Below, in pieces: positions 62,656 to 64,000 of a stretch of 64,000 bases of DNA (positions are counted from its first letter, which is position 1; every line of letters starts with the position of its first letter). Source of the stretch: Alphaproteobacteria bacterium (GTDB lineage: Bacteria; Pseudomonadota; Alphaproteobacteria; SP197); contig OZ219747.1 in assembly GCA_964291265.2 (NCBI GenBank), forward strand, positions 2,400,001 to 2,464,000, written 5' to 3'. A program made the position numbers and the translations under genes. The notes beneath the pieces are model-generated. The model was not told the DNA's origin. It saw only the letters and a program-made list of their open reading frames with translations, and searched no databases.

Positions 62656-64000
62656 CACTCCGGCACCTGATGGCGCGAGCGTTGCTGGCGGCCTCCCTGG
62701 TCGCTCCACCGGTGGCATCTGCCGCTGCGGAAACTGCCGTCACATGGGAAAGCCGGTTCTGGGACCGGACCGGCAACGCCGATCTGGTGCTGCCGTTGCC
62801 CTGTGGTGGCGCCATGGCCTTCCAGCGTGTCGACACGCCGGTTCCCGGAGGAAATCCGGCGAGCGACCGGCCGGTACAGATGGGCCTTGCCACGAGCGAG
62901 GCAGGTTATGTCGACTATCTGCGCCGCGCCTTCATCCGGGGCGGGTTCAGCAATCCCGAGGATGCCTCCGCGTTCTACTACATCGCCCGCTACGAACTCA
63001 CCCGCGATCAGCACGCGGCGCTCCTCGGCAACTGTTCCCGGCCCTCTCTTGCCGGCACGGTTCCGGCCTCCGGTCTTTCCTGGTTCGATGCTGTCGACGC
63101 GGCAAGGCGCATGACCGAATGGCTGCGTCAGAACGCGCCTCAGACACTGCCGCACGAGGACGGGACTCCAGGCTATGTCCGTCTGCCCACGGAGGTCGAG
63201 TGGGAATACGCCGTGAGGGGTGGGGCGGCTGTCGACGGGTCCGTCTTCAACCAGCGCACCTACCCTTTCGACGGACCCATGCGTGACCATGGCTGGCACC
63301 AGGGAGCGGATTCGGCACGTGGGCAACTGCGTCCCGTGGGCGTCCTCGATCCCAATCCACTCGGTCTGCACGAGGTTTATGGCAACGTCGAGGAGATCAT
63401 GCTCGAACCCTTTCGGCTCAACGCCCTGGGACGTCTGCACGGACAGGCAGGTGGTGTGGTCACCCGCGGCGGCTCGATCCTGTCGCGTGCCTCGGAACTG
63501 TCGAGCGGTCTGCGCCAGGAGTTTCCGGCCTATTCCATGGCGGGGGGCAAACCGGTGGCTCTCGACACCTTCGGGGTGCGGTTCGTGATCGGCATTCACC
63601 TGTCGCTGTCGACGGCACGGATCAACCGGTTGAGGAATGCCTGGCTCGATCGCTTCAACGACGGCGGCGACACCGACACCGACGCGAGCCTGACGGAGAT
63701 TCTCGACGTTCTGATCGCCGAGGAACTCGAACTCGAACGGCGCCTCGTCCTGGAAACGGCGCGTCTGCGCGCAACGGAGGACGCGCGCGAACGCGAGGCC
63801 AGCCGGCTTGAGGCCATGAAGGCGCTTGCCATCGGTGGTGCCGTCCTCGTGCAGTTCCTTCGCGAGGACAGTTCCGGGATCGAGCTTGCGATCCGTGCCA
63901 TCGCCACCTTTGACGCCGCCATCGATGAAGCAGAAGCCAGCGACGGACTCGTCGGCGATGAGGCAATCGATCGGCTCATCGACAAACGTGAAGCGGTGAG
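62652..64000 (+). CDS. Formylglycine-generating enzyme (SUMF1) family protein, TagR-like (3' truncated by window edge)
   Basis: Translated by hand (absent from ORF track because no stop is in the window): GGAGG RBS, signal peptide, DLVLPLPCGGAMAF, RLPTEVEWEYAVRGG, PNPLGLHEVYGNVEE. Confidence 0.88.
   Translation, partial: MTLRHLMARALLAASLVAPPVASAAAETAVTWESRFWDRTGNADLVLPLPCGGAMAFQRVDTPVPGGNPASDRPVQMGLATSEAGYVDYLRRAFIRGGFSNPEDASAFYYIARYELTRDQHAALLGNCSRPSLAGTVPASGLSWFDAVDAARRMTEWLRQNAPQTLPHEDGTPGYVRLPTEVEWEYAVRGGAAVDGSVFNQRTYPFDGPMRDHGWHQGADSARGQLRPVGVLDPNPLGLHEVYGNVEEIMLEPFRLNALGRLHGQAGGVVTRGGSILSRASELSSGLRQEFPAYSMAGGKPVALDTFGVRFVIGIHLSLSTARINRLRNAWLDRFNDGGDTDTDASLTEILDVLIAEELELERRLVLETARLRATEDAREREASRLEAMKALAIGGAVLVQFLREDSSGIELAIRAIATFDAAIDEAEASDGLVGDEAIDRLIDKREAV

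Overview
GC-rich alphaproteobacterial chromosome segment. Gene order looks Rhodospirillales-like, and the Fn3/Calx-type adhesin hints at a host-associated lifestyle (inference). The core backbone is the dcw cluster end (murC-murB-ddl-ftsQAZ ... lpxC), ubiG/lysC-rodZ-ispG-hisS-hemA-like-prfA-prmC-DUF4167-clpB, ndk/purNM/hdaA, ispH-thrB-rnhA-hpnC, purA, rpoH and rluD. Accessory parts: (1) a ~9.4-kb insert between ftsZ and lpxC with a large Fn3-repeat autotransporter whose best start codon is out of frame across a C11 tract (candidate phase variation), plus a decaying qNOR gene; (2) a small patch at ~30-35 kb with a stand-alone ABC-ATPase-TOPRIM gene and a probable transposon-end relic; (3) a >15-kb, ten-gene operon from 48.5 kb to the window end. 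The operon combines three membrane-anchored proteins (two SrfA-like, with trypsin or YfaP ectodomains), SrfB (actin/Hsp70-like), SrfC (P-loop GTPase-like), a kinase-less PpkA-type vWA protein and TagT/TagS/TagR-like genes, and is the best candidate for an under-described system. Oddities in core genes: an HTH-UbiG fusion and a HemA homolog lacking its catalytic motifs. All family assignments come from motif recognition; no searches were run.
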